A stretch of DNA of 64,000 nucleotides from an uncultured Gammaproteobacteria bacterium (GCA_964471475.1 CAYYFQ010000010.1:684-64683); one strand, 5' to 3'. Counted from the first letter of the stretch, positions 9,162 to 18,657 are shown. Notes: a model not told the origin generated them from the letters alone. A program made the numbers and translations.

Positions 9162-12100
9162 TTAAGCCGTGGTTTGTGCAATTCCATACAAAATACCCGC
9201 GGTAAAATTTGATGGTGTCGCAATGGCAGCAGGGGGAGTGGCATTAGAAGGATAGGCCCAATTGCTTCCAGCAAGATTGGAAGAACTCATCACCAAAGGC
9301 TTTTGTAAGCCACTAGTGGTATATGAAAAACCATCCGCAAAACATACTCCGGTAGTAGCGGAACAACTCACCCCATTGAATGAGCCTGAAAAACTTAAAT
9401 TAGTGGCTGCTAATGTCCACGCCGTAGTTCCATAATTATTGTTACTCATGGCTAATGGGGTCGTTGGAGCCAGTGATCCCGTAGCTGTTTGGTTACCTAC
9501 TGCCACACAGTAAGGGCTTGGGCTACTTGGGGTCCCTGCACAGCTTACCCCATTAAACACCGCAGAAACAGGAGAAGTATCCACTGGAATTAGTGTAAAA
9601 GAAGCACTCGGTGCTAACTGTGCGTAAATTAATGCATTTGATATGGTGGCAGACGTATAATGTTGGCCTGCAACCACAAAAGCCCCCGTACTATTCACAG
9701 TAATTCCATTAACTGTCACATTCGTTTGCCCAAAATTATTAGGAGTTTGTGCTGCCCAATCTAGCGCATTTCCCGCATTATAATAAACTCCTAATGCATT
9801 TGCACCAGTACCTCCAGCAAAATTATTACCAATAGCCATGCATTGCTGCGTAACTGTGCTGCAAGCAACGCCTGTTAACTGCGTACTTGATGCGCTGGGG
9901 AAATTAAGAGGTACTCCTGAATTCCAAGAACTTCCGCTATTTGAGCTGGAATACACAATAGGATAAAAGACGCCGCTACTGGTGTAATATCCTGCAATAT
10001 GACAATAAGTGCTGCCTCCATTCACCGCACACGTGATCCCCGTTAATGTTAAGGGATTATTGGAGGGAGCATAAAGAAGAATGGGTGAAATACCCCATGT
10101 TAATCCTTTATCGGAGCTTTGATAGACGTAACCAGCATTTAAGGTTCCAGAAGTACCTGAACCTATCGCAAGACAAGTATTCGTCCCCGCAATACATGTC
10201 ACTGCGCTCATTGTCAAATTTTCAGAGTTAAGCGGCAAGATGTAACTCGAAATATAAAAAGGGGTGCTTTGCGCAGGATAAGTCCCGAGTGTATAAGTAA
10301 ACGGAAGATGAGCCGTCGCCGCCGTAGAATAACTTCCTACCGCCACCGTCCCGGTGGAAGCAAGCTGTAAACTCGCACTCCCTACCACGCTATCTGTGGA
10401 AGTGGCTTCAATGGTGGTTGCCCCTATGGTGGTACCGGGCGATGCCACATTAGCCGCCAGCGAGACAATATTTGCCGTAGTTGATGTCCAGGTGACAAGA
10501 CTCGTCACATCATGACTGGATCCATCTGATTCGTTAGCTGTTGCCGTGTAAGTGATGGGAGAAGAAGTAAAGGTGATCGTAGAAGTAGCGGGAGCTACGC
10601 TAATAGACAAAACAATAGGACTTCCCGCTGTCAGAGTAACCGTTGAACTGATAGCGCCTACTTGCGCTTGAATCGTCGTGTGGTGACCCACAGTAGCCGC
10701 TGGTAACACGGGTGCATTGGCATAAGACCCTGAAGTGCTCTCTACAACGGTAAGAGGCGAAGCCACGATAGTGGTATCACTTGAAGTCCACGTAGCTTGA
10801 TCAGTGACATCATGGGTACTACTATCCGTATACGTCCCCAATGCGGTAAAGTGTTGACTGGTACCTACCGCCACTGTAAGGCTCCCTGGACTAATAGCAA
10901 TGGATTGTAAAGTAGCAGCGGTTACTGTCAACACATCAGCCGTGCCATTAGAGACTGTATACGTTGTGCCCCCTATGGTTTCTTGATACGTCGCATTAAT
11001 ATTGCTAGTACCCGTGGTCAAAGTACTGGCCAATCCCGAGCTGGAAATAGTAGCGACATTTTTATTGCTAGAAGTCCATGTGACCCCACTTTGGTATTTG
11101 GTACTACTCTTATCCGCAAAGGTCACTAAAGCAGTAAATTGTTGCGAAGCCCCAAGACCAATCGTTGGGTTAATAGGAGAAATAGTCAATGTGATAGGAA
11201 CTGGGCCTCCTATCGTTAAACTTGCTGTGGCTGAAGGCCCTCCGGTTCCCAGTTGCGCTGTGATAGTGACCGGTGTGGAGTTTTGACTGACCGCCGTTGC
11301 AAGCCCATGAGAACCTGCGGCATTACTGATGGTAGCCACCTCTGTATTACTTGAACTCCATGTGACATTCCCCGTAACATCTTGAGTGCTTCCATCTGTA
11401 AAGACGGCGGTGGCGGCATACTGCTGCGTGCCACCAACACCGACGCCAGTTAGCACAGGAATAGTTTGTGTAGCGGGGGAAATCGTAATATGGTCAATAC
11501 CTTTTACCGTCACGCTAGCTGAAGGAAAAGCCGAAATAGAGCCTACACTAGCAGTCACCCTGGTCGTCCCCGCTTTCACACCACTCACCGTCCCACCAGG
11601 AGGACTAGTAATGGAAGTTGCTGTGGCAATAGTAGGATCAGCACTTGTCCAAGTGGCAACAATTGCTTTGCTGGTTCCATCGCTATAATGTCCAATAGCT
11701 TGCCCGGCTACTGACGTGAGCCCGACACCTACCGTGTAAGAAGTCGGGCTCATGGTAATAGAGGTAAGCGCAGCAGCTTCGGCCGTCAGAGTCGCTGATG
11801 CACTAATGCTACCGGATGTCGCCACAATGCTTGCGGTGCCACTTGGGGCGATTGCGGTAGCAACACCGGTAGAGGAGTCAATTCTCGCTACGCTTGTCCC
11901 AGGCGGGTTAACAACACTCCAAATAACATCCGTAAATGGAGTAATCACCCTTCCATTGGACAGTGTCCCCGCGGCAATATAGGTTTGAGTTTTTCCATTA
12001 GGGACTACCGCACTGGAAGGCGCTACCGCAAGAGAAAGGAGAGTCGCGGGAACCACATTCACGGGGGTATTCGCGGAGACTCCTGTGGTGGCATCTGTAG

Positions 12101-13610
12101 CAATAATCGTTGTCGTTCCAGACACGCCTGGTGTTGCATAACCTTGTGTAGGAGAAGTGTTACTCACTGTCAAAATGCTCGTGTCTCCTGTTGTCCAATT
12201 CACCGAGTTGGTGATCGTCCCTGTTGATCCATCCGAATAGGTACCTGTAGCAGTAAATGCAGTAGGAGCACTCCCTTCCACCAGCGATGGTGAGGTAGGA
12301 GACAGCGTAATTTTAGTTAATACTTTGCTAGAAACGGTCAACGTGGTATTTCCACTAATATTGGTCCCTGGATCAGCCGCGGTAATAAGGGTGCTTCCAG
12401 CGCTTAAAGTCGTAGCTACTCCTTGCGTATCAGCGCTATTGCTGATAGTTGCCACGCTCACATCTTTCGAGTTCCAAGTTACTTGAGTAGTAATATCGTG
12501 TTGCGAATTATCCGAAAAAGTTCCGGTAGCAGTAAATTGCTCAGTTCGGCCCAATGCAATATTTGGATTAGTCGGTTCCACCTCAATGGATTTAAGCGTA
12601 GCAGCTGTCACTTCTAGCCCTGTTTGTCCAGTAGTAGTCACCCCCGAAATAATAATACTTGCTGAAACCGTTGTACTTCCTGCGGAAAGCGGAGAAACTA
12701 ACCCACCTGCACTAATACTAGCCACGACCCCTCCAGAAGATTCTGCCCACGTCACTGAGCTGGTAAGATTTCTTTTACTTCCATCGGAATAATTTCCTGT
12801 CGCCGTATATTGTTGAGTAGTACCACCGGCTGTCAAGGTAATATTTGTCGGCGTGACAGTAATAGAGTCTAAACTGGCGGTGTTTACAGCAAGTGATCCA
12901 CTTCCTGAGATATTTTGAAAAGTCGCCGTAATGCTTGCAGTGCCAGGGCCATTTGCACTCACATTCCCGGTAGAAGGATCGACAGAGGCAATACTGTCAT
13001 CACTACTTGACCACGCCGCCACGGTGGAGATATCCCCGCTCACCGTTCCGCTAGAATCGGAGGCTGTTGCGGCATATTGATAACTTTGTCCCACATATAA
13101 CGTATTGCTGGAAGGAGTCACGGTAATAGACGTTGCAGGAATGGCTTGCACATTCCAAGGTTGGTTATAACCCGTCCGGGCGGTACCGTCTTCGTTATAA
13201 ACATACAGTTCTGGAATATTATTGACGCTACCCGTAACAAGTAATTTCACTTCACAGCTATCACTCCCATCAGAGGCACCTGCGGGAGATAAGTCAAATT
13301 GACTGCCACAAATACCCGTGCCGGTTGTCACGAGTTGCGTATTATTAGGGATGGCTTCTACATAATTATTTTTTAAATAATGCGACGTATGGTTTGATAC
13401 TTTAAAATAAGCAGCGGTCTGTCCCTTATCGATCACTTGAGTGGGGAGATTAAGCCCCACAATAGTAAAGGCGCCTCCTTGAAAACGAGCACTTATTTCA
13501 TCAAGAGCCGTATGCATTTTCGGAAAAAAATCAGATGAAAGTGCTTGCGCAGACGAGAACAGCACACTCATCATGAACAAAAGAATAAAATGGATAAAAT
13601 AACGTCTCAT
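9162..13610 (-). CDS. Secreted adhesin-like protein: signal peptide, N-terminal Cys-containing domain, 10 Big_2 (Lig/intimin-type) Ig repeats, C-terminal Cys-rich beta-propeller
   Basis: Sec signal (..LFSSAQA); ten ~90-aa repeats of pattern SIxVxP..G.TQQFTATGxYSDGS..DVT..VTWxSS..VATIS..G; C-terminal xGVxC..CxAxG blades and an Asp-box SSDKGLTW. Confidence 0.85.
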   Translation of the reverse strand: MRRYFIHFILLFMMSVLFSSAQALSSDFFPKMHTALDEISARFQGGAFTIVGLNLPTQVIDKGQTAAYFKVSNHTSHYLKNNYVEAIPNNTQLVTTGTGICGSQFDLSPAGASDGSDSCEVKLLVTGSVNNIPELYVYNEDGTARTGYNQPWNVQAIPATSITVTPSSNTLYVGQSYQYAATASDSSGTVSGDISTVAAWSSSDDSIASVDPSTGNVSANGPGTASITATFQNISGSGSLAVNTASLDSITVTPTNITLTAGGTTQQYTATGNYSDGSKRNLTSSVTWAESSGGVVASISAGGLVSPLSAGSTTVSASIIISGVTTTGQTGLEVTAATLKSIEVEPTNPNIALGRTEQFTATGTFSDNSQHDITTQVTWNSKDVSVATISNSADTQGVATTLSAGSTLITAADPGTNISGNTTLTVSSKVLTKITLSPTSPSLVEGSAPTAFTATGTYSDGSTGTITNSVNWTTGDTSILTVSNTSPTQGYATPGVSGTTTIIATDATTGVSANTPVNVVPATLLSLAVAPSSAVVPNGKTQTYIAAGTLSNGRVITPFTDVIWSVVNPPGTSVARIDSSTGVATAIAPSGTASIVATSGSISASATLTAEAAALTSITMSPTSYTVGVGLTSVAGQAIGHYSDGTSKAIVATWTSADPTIATATSITSPPGGTVSGVKAGTTRVTASVGSISAFPSASVTVKGIDHITISPATQTIPVLTGVGVGGTQQYAATAVFTDGSTQDVTGNVTWSSSNTEVATISNAAGSHGLATAVSQNSTPVTITAQLGTGGPSATASLTIGGPVPITLTISPINPTIGLGASQQFTALVTFADKSSTKYQSGVTWTSSNKNVATISSSGLASTLTTGTSNINATYQETIGGTTYTVSNGTADVLTVTAATLQSIAISPGSLTVAVGTSQHFTALGTYTDSSTHDVTDQATWTSSDTTIVASPLTVVESTSGSYANAPVLPAATVGHHTTIQAQVGAISSTVTLTAGSPIVLSISVAPATSTITFTSSPITYTATANESDGSSHDVTSLVTWTSTTANIVSLAANVASPGTTIGATTIEATSTDSVVGSASLQLASTGTVAVGSYSTAATAHLPFTYTLGTYPAQSTPFYISSYILPLNSENLTMSAVTCIAGTNTCLAIGSGTSGTLNAGYVYQSSDKGLTWGISPILLYAPSNNPLTLTGITCAVNGGSTYCHIAGYYTSSGVFYPIVYSSSNSGSSWNSGVPLNFPSASSTQLTGVACSTVTQQCMAIGNNFAGGTGANALGVYYNAGNALDWAAQTPNNFGQTNVTVNGITVNSTGAFVVAGQHYTSATISNALIYAQLAPSASFTLIPVDTSPVSAVFNGVSCAGTPSSPSPYCVAVGNQTATGSLAPTTPLAMSNNNYGTTAWTLAATNLSFSGSFNGVSCSATTGVCFADGFSYTTSGLQKPLVMSSSNLAGSNWAYPSNATPPAAIATPSNFTAGILYGIAQTTA

Positions 13611-13614
13611 TGAG

Positions 13615-15075
13615 TTATAAAATAACCGTTAATTGCGCAAGTAATGCTTTTGTCGTTAAACTCGATTGTTTTAGCTCTCCAGCAACGGGTGTGACATTTC
13701 CATAGCTGATGATGCTAGCCCCCGCCGTGGAAGTTTCCCCTAAGTGACTAAACCGATACCCTGCACCTAAGCGTATATTTTGTGTTAAATCCACATCCAC
13801 ACCTAAACCTAAACTATAAGTAAACGAATTTACGGTATGTTCTGGAAAACTTAGTGTTGTAGTATCTGTAGGAGAGACACTGGTATCGACGGAAGAGGTT
13901 TTGTTGATTGATTCTCCCAACCCAACATAAGCATAGGGGTGAAAATATTTTCTAGTGGTGAAAAAGATTTTGTTATCCAATAACCATTGTTGAGTAAAAA
14001 CGGTATACCGATATTTATAAGTAGTGGTGGTAGGGGCAATCGTTTGATTAAGATCCCCCACCACATTCGTTGAATTTTGTGTCATATACCCTAAGCCAAT
14101 TTGCCAAGCAATGTCGTGAGGAAAGCGTAACTCATCCCCCACTGAAATCCCATATTCCCCTACTGTACTACCACTATTCGACGCGTCATAACTGTAGCCT
14201 GTAATACCGTAAGAAGTGGTAAGGCTCGTGTTTCCCAGATTAGTCCAAGCAGGACCACCCGAGAGGGTAAGGTAAGGGTGTCTATAATTCACTTGAATTT
14301 TTTGCAGTAAGTTCGTTTTTTTCTCAACAAGTGGTAATGGTGCATGATAGTCAGCACAAGGAATAGTAGGTTGCAGATAGCTGATTGTGCTCTTACTGGT
14401 AACGATGGACGAGAGCGCTTTACGCCGAACACGCGATTTAGTGTGGTGGTGATGGTAATGTATGACTTGTTTTGTATGGTATGTGGATGATTGCTTAGGC
14501 ATTACAGTTACTTTTCTAACTATTACTTTTTGGGTAATACGTGTAGGTGGCACAGAAGTAGTCGCCACAGGTATAAGTAACGGATGCACTCCTCCAGCAG
14601 GTGCAATTGATACTGATGGTGCTTGCATTGAAGACGGCTTCACAAGGGGGGCCTTAGCCTTAACTGGTGAAACCGTTTTTACCGGAGACACGTTGACTGA
14701 AGGTGCTGTCACTGGAAGAGCTGCTTTAACAGAGAGTGCGTTAACTGGGAGCGTTGTAGCTGGCGGCTTTGGCACTGACGGTGTCTTACTTGGAGAGGGG
14801 TTAACAAGAAGCCCTTTGACGGAAGGCGGTTTAGTGAGCGGCTCTTTCACCGGAGGCACAGGAACACTCATCCCTGTAGGGCCAATTGAAGCCATCACAG
14901 TAACAGGGGTGGTAGAAACCGGCGGTGCAATGGAAGACTTAGAGGGAGAAACTACTTGCTGTGTTTTTGTGGAAGGCAGGTTGTTATCATCCATACTGGA
15001 AGCAAAAAAAGCAACTGTCCCTAAAAAACAGGCCCCCACCACTAAGCTGATTATAAATAAAGTTTTCCGTTGCAT
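13615..15075 (-). CDS. Outer-membrane beta-barrel (OmpA-like/Omp25 type) with long N-terminal Pro/Ser/Thr/Val-rich stalk
   Basis: Hydrophobic N-terminus, ~200-aa P/S/T/V/K-rich region, then amphipathic strands (YLTLSGGPAW, PYAYVGLGES, FTYSLGLGVDV, RLGAGYRFSHLG). ORF track starts at 15099; ATG 15075 preferred. Confidence 0.8.
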   Translation of the reverse strand: MQRKTLFIISLVVGACFLGTVAFFASSMDDNNLPSTKTQQVVSPSKSSIAPPVSTTPVTVMASIGPTGMSVPVPPVKEPLTKPPSVKGLLVNPSPSKTPSVPKPPATTLPVNALSVKAALPVTAPSVNVSPVKTVSPVKAKAPLVKPSSMQAPSVSIAPAGGVHPLLIPVATTSVPPTRITQKVIVRKVTVMPKQSSTYHTKQVIHYHHHHTKSRVRRKALSSIVTSKSTISYLQPTIPCADYHAPLPLVEKKTNLLQKIQVNYRHPYLTLSGGPAWTNLGNTSLTTSYGITGYSYDASNSGSTVGEYGISVGDELRFPHDIAWQIGLGYMTQNSTNVVGDLNQTIAPTTTTYKYRYTVFTQQWLLDNKIFFTTRKYFHPYAYVGLGESINKTSSVDTSVSPTDTTTLSFPEHTVNSFTYSLGLGVDVDLTQNIRLGAGYRFSHLGETSTAGASIISYGNVTPVAGELKQSSLTTKALLAQLTVIL

Positions 15076-15190
15076 CGCATTTCTCAATCTTAGTAACACA
15101 TCACATCATTTTCCACAGCAGGATGATACAGGAGAGGAAATCGCTTGACAACAATCAAATGCCCTGATGTATCCCTAAGTTTTTTTAAGT

Positions 15191-15340
15191 TTGTCATGCC
15201 AGCGTAGGCTGGCATCCAGGCAAGTAAGCATCCTGGGAAGTAAAAGTGAAGCGTACCTATATTTGATAAGCTAAGATTTTCGTCGCTTACATTACCTAAA
15301 AACATGCTTAACTGGATGCCAGCCTTCGCTGGCATGACAA
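15191..15340. repeat. Palindromic element family B copy 1 (dRS3/RPE4/WPE-like, translates as MPAKAGIQ...WMPAYAGMT)
   Basis: Inverted arms ttgtcatgccagcgtaggctggcatccag/ctggatgccagccttcgctggcatgacaa; further copies at 45361-45502 and 57910-58057. Confidence 0.9.
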
Positions 15341-15473
15341 CCGCTTAAGTTGACGCAGCAGTCTTCGCTGATATCACAACCGTTAGAAATTTTAGGGATA
15401 CATTAGTCAAATGCCTTTGACTCTCATTATAATTCTTCGTACAATCATCGATCAAAATTTTATTGAGAAAAAT

Positions 15474-16937
15474 ATGAAAGTAAGAACGCGTTTTGCGCCG
15501 TCACCAACGGGTAGTCTCCATGTAGGAGGGGCTCGTACCGCTTTATTCAACTGGCTGTTTGCGCGCAAGCATCATGGTACATTTATTTTACGAATTGAAG
15601 ATACGGATGTCGCACGCTCAACGCATGAATCCGCACAAGGAATTATTGAATCGATGAAGTGGTTAGGGCTCGATTGGGATGAAGGCCCATTTTTTCAAAG
15701 TGATCGCTTACAAATTTATAAAGATCATTTAGATAAATTAAAAAAAGAGAGTTTTATTTACCCCGCTTTTGAAAGCAAAGAAGAGTTAGAAGCGATGCGG
15801 GCTAAGGCTGTTGCGGAAAAACGCAACCCCATTTATGACCGCGCTTCATTAAAACTTTCTCAACAAGAAGTAGACGCTAAAATAAATTCTGGCGCAGAAT
15901 TTGTATGGCGCTTTAAAGTACCGGATGAGGGGTACACTCCTGTACCGGAGCTATTGATGGCGGATGCTGATTATCGTTTGCAAAATAATACCATTGGTGA
16001 TTTTGTAATCACACGTCCTGGGACGAAAGAGCATCCGGGCATGCCGCTTTATAATTTTGTGTGCACCGTCGATGATGCCTTGATGAATATCACCCATGTG
16101 ATTCGCGGGGTTGAACATTTACCAAACACAGTGAAGCAAGTATTGTTGTATCAAGCCCTAGGCTATGCACCCCCGCAATTTGTGCATCTCCCCTTGATCA
16201 TGAAAAATGGTAAAAAAATGAGTAAGCGAGATGCTGATCCACAAGGGCGTTTCCCGGTGAGCGTTTTAGAAAGAAGAGACTTAGGCTACTTACCAGAAGC
16301 GACTTTAAATCACCTTGCTTTAATGGGGTGGTCCTCTCCGGACGGAGAAGAAATATTTTCGCAAGAAAAATTAATTAAAGATTTTGATTTAAATCGTTTA
16401 AGCAAAGCCAATGCAAATTTTGATGAAGATAAATATTTATTTTTAAATTCTCATTATTTGAAGGAACTCTCGGATGAAGCTTTAGCAGCGCTGGTTAAAC
16501 CGTACTTAACTAAAGCAGGCTTTGATTTAAACTTATTTGAGCCACATAAATTAACTCAATTAATTGCTTTAGAAAAAACGCGCTGCAAAATAGTATCGGA
16601 ATTTCCGGAAGCACTTGCCTATTTTTTTGAACCCCCCATGCAATACGATGAAAAAGGCGTGGCGAAATTTATTACCCACAATGAAAATGCCCCTAAAATT
16701 TTGCAAGCAAGTATTCACATGCTTGAAACACTCCATTCGTTTGAGTTAGAAAGCATTCACCATGGCTTGCATCAAATAATCGACCATTTAGGCTTAAGCT
16801 TAGGAAAAGTAGGCCCGATCATTCGTTTAGCTCTCACCGGTCGCACAAATAGCCCAAGCATTGGGGATATTATTTTTGCCTTAGGAAAAACAGAAGTGAT
16901 TAAGCGATTAAAGCGTTTTGTAGAACATTTTGTATAA
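15474..16937 (+). CDS. gltX: Glutamate--tRNA ligase
   Basis: RFAPSPTG, HVGG (HIGH), LRIEDTD and KMSKR motifs; ATG at 15474 preferred over 15411. Confidence 0.95.
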   Translation: MKVRTRFAPSPTGSLHVGGARTALFNWLFARKHHGTFILRIEDTDVARSTHESAQGIIESMKWLGLDWDEGPFFQSDRLQIYKDHLDKLKKESFIYPAFESKEELEAMRAKAVAEKRNPIYDRASLKLSQQEVDAKINSGAEFVWRFKVPDEGYTPVPELLMADADYRLQNNTIGDFVITRPGTKEHPGMPLYNFVCTVDDALMNITHVIRGVEHLPNTVKQVLLYQALGYAPPQFVHLPLIMKNGKKMSKRDADPQGRFPVSVLERRDLGYLPEATLNHLALMGWSSPDGEEIFSQEKLIKDFDLNRLSKANANFDEDKYLFLNSHYLKELSDEALAALVKPYLTKAGFDLNLFEPHKLTQLIALEKTRCKIVSEFPEALAYFFEPPMQYDEKGVAKFITHNENAPKILQASIHMLETLHSFELESIHHGLHQIIDHLGLSLGKVGPIIRLALTGRTNSPSIGDIIFALGKTEVIKRLKRFVEHFV

Positions 16938-16988
16938 GAGTGTATTCAACACAGAGTAGCAACGCGCTAATCAATCTTGATACACACC

Positions 16989-17058
16989 GTACATGAGGAT
17001 TTGAGTACCGAACCGACGCACAAATTTTCCACAGGAGTAGCGTTTCGAAAGAGGTCTA
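16989..17058. repeat. Partial RPE1-like (Rickettsia palindromic element) remnant
   Basis: gtacatgaggatttgagtaccgaaccgacgcacaaattttccacaggagtagcgtttcgaaagaggtcta translates VHEDLSTEPTHKFSTGVAFRKRS, resembling the RPE1 3' half as recalled (VREDASTGSTYKLPLEVEFGKRS); its end overlaps the TAG stop of the ABC ATPase. Confidence 0.6.
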
Positions 17059-17787
17059 ATAACAAAACGCACGCAAATCCTCAGTACTCAACTTGTGTTT
17101 TTCTTCGTTATTGTAATCCCGCATAATTTTTCCAGCTTGCAGCGCCAAAATTCGAGAACCATATTGGGTTGCAATATCTAAATTATGGGTGGTTAACAAA
17201 CAGGTAATGCCTAGACGCTTAACCAGTTGATCGGTGATAACCATCAGGCGATCAGCAGCATGAGGATCAAGAGCACTGGTATGTTCATCGAGCAATAAAA
17301 TTTTGGGAGATGCCAGCCCTGCTAACGCAAGCGCAAATGCTTGCTGCTCCCCACCTGAAAGCGAATCTACCAAATTTTTGAAGTGATGAGGTAAATTAGG
17401 ATTAAAATCGGCAAGATACGATTTTAAAGTTTTCTTATCGGTAAATTTTTTCTCGCGTGAATGACTAAGTGCAAGCAAACAATTTTCTTCTACCGTTAAT
17501 GAGGAAAACAAAGACTCTAAGGGATTTTGAGTCAAGCTGATTAATAATTTCGCAAAACCAATAGGTGAATAAGTAGTAATCTTTTTATCTTGAAGTAATA
17601 TTTGGCCGCATGTGGGATGATAGCGCCGATCTAACAATTTTAATAAAGAACTTTTGCCCGAGCCATTGCTACCCAAAATAATAACAAATTCGCCTGCACT
17701 AATTTGTAAATCAATATTTTTTAAAATATCATGGGCAGGATGTTTAACCGCAAAACCCACATTTGTTAATTGAATCATAAAGCTCAT
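17056..17787 (-). CDS. ABC transporter ATP-binding subunit (putative Trp/aromatic amino-acid importer)
   Basis: Walker A GSNGSGKS, signature LSGGEQQ, Walker B LLLDEH. Confidence 0.9.
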   Translation of the reverse strand: MSFMIQLTNVGFAVKHPAHDILKNIDLQISAGEFVIILGSNGSGKSSLLKLLDRRYHPTCGQILLQDKKITTYSPIGFAKLLISLTQNPLESLFSSLTVEENCLLALSHSREKKFTDKKTLKSYLADFNPNLPHHFKNLVDSLSGGEQQAFALALAGLASPKILLLDEHTSALDPHAADRLMVITDQLVKRLGITCLLTTHNLDIATQYGSRILALQAGKIMRDYNNEEKHKLSTEDLRAFCY

Positions 17788-17790
17788 GAC

Positions 17791-18657
17791 TTATCCTGCC
17801 TTACGCGCACTGGCACGCAAAAACAACACCAAAATAAACCCTAAAATAATTTTGACATATACAGGGTCAATTTCTAAACGTAATAATGTATTAATTGCAG
17901 CAAAATAAAATATCACTCCAATTAAACAAGCTAAAAATTCTAAGCTCGCACGCAAATAACGTCTATGCAAAGCATTAGTAAAAATTTCTTGACCTAAAAT
18001 GATAGCGCCCAAGCCGGTTAACGTCACACCAAATCCCATATTTACATCAGCGTAACTTACAGTTTGTGCTGTTAAACAACCCGCACACGCCGCTAAGCAA
18101 TTAGTGATAGCAAACCCCAGTAAGCGATATTTTTCAATGGAAAAACCTAACCGAGCCAATTGATTTGGATTATCTCCAAAAGCACGCAAGCGTAAGCCTA
18201 AGCGCGACTTCAAAAGTAATATAAAAAATAAGCAAATGAATCCACAATAAATAGCGGTTTCTAAATAACCTTGCCCATCACTCTTAGCAAAAGCTTGAGA
18301 AAGCAATGTAGTTTGATTAAGCAAACTGATATTGGGGCGCCCCATTACAACGAGATTTAATCCCGTTAAAATAAAGGTAGCTAAAATACCTGCCAGTAAT
18401 GCATCAATCCGTTGATGACGCTGGAAGCTTGCCACCATACAGCCCGTAAGAACTCCCGCTATCATCCCAACTAACGCAGCGATGATAGGCGAAAACCCAA
18501 GCACAATAGCATGAGCAAATACACCAGCACCTGCAACAAAACTACCATCTAACGTCATATCAGTAGCTTTTAGCAAATTAAAGCTCACATAAATAGCCAA
18601 AGCCAATGGCAAAAATGGAATACTTTGACTAATCGTTGCAAATAAAAAATTAAACAT
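17791..18657 (-). CDS. ABC transporter permease (BPD_transp_2-like)
   Basis: Multiple TM helices; DMTLDGSF, GLRLRAFGDN and YADVNMGFG motifs of this ABC family; ATG 18657 overlaps the SBP stop. Confidence 0.9.
   Translation of the reverse strand: MFNFLFATISQSIPFLPLALAIYVSFNLLKATDMTLDGSFVAGAGVFAHAIVLGFSPIIAALVGMIAGVLTGCMVASFQRHQRIDALLAGILATFILTGLNLVVMGRPNISLLNQTTLLSQAFAKSDGQGYLETAIYCGFICLFFILLLKSRLGLRLRAFGDNPNQLARLGFSIEKYRLLGFAITNCLAACAGCLTAQTVSYADVNMGFGVTLTGLGAIILGQEIFTNALHRRYLRASLEFLACLIGVIFYFAAINTLLRLEIDPVYVKIILGFILVLFLRASARKAG

Noticed and set aside
10046-12792. Cluster of short plus-strand ORFs opposite the adhesin (likewise opposite paralogs A/B, secA and ftsH)
   Set aside because: Antisense to well-supported long genes, with no motifs or RBS.
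14462-15148. 228-aa plus-strand ORF
   Set aside because: Antisense shadow of the Pro/Thr/Val-rich stalk, whose codon bias suppresses stops on the opposite strand.
15090-15335. 81-aa ORF MPAKAGIQ...WMPAYAGMT
   Set aside because: It is the translation of the family B palindromic repeat, not an independent gene.
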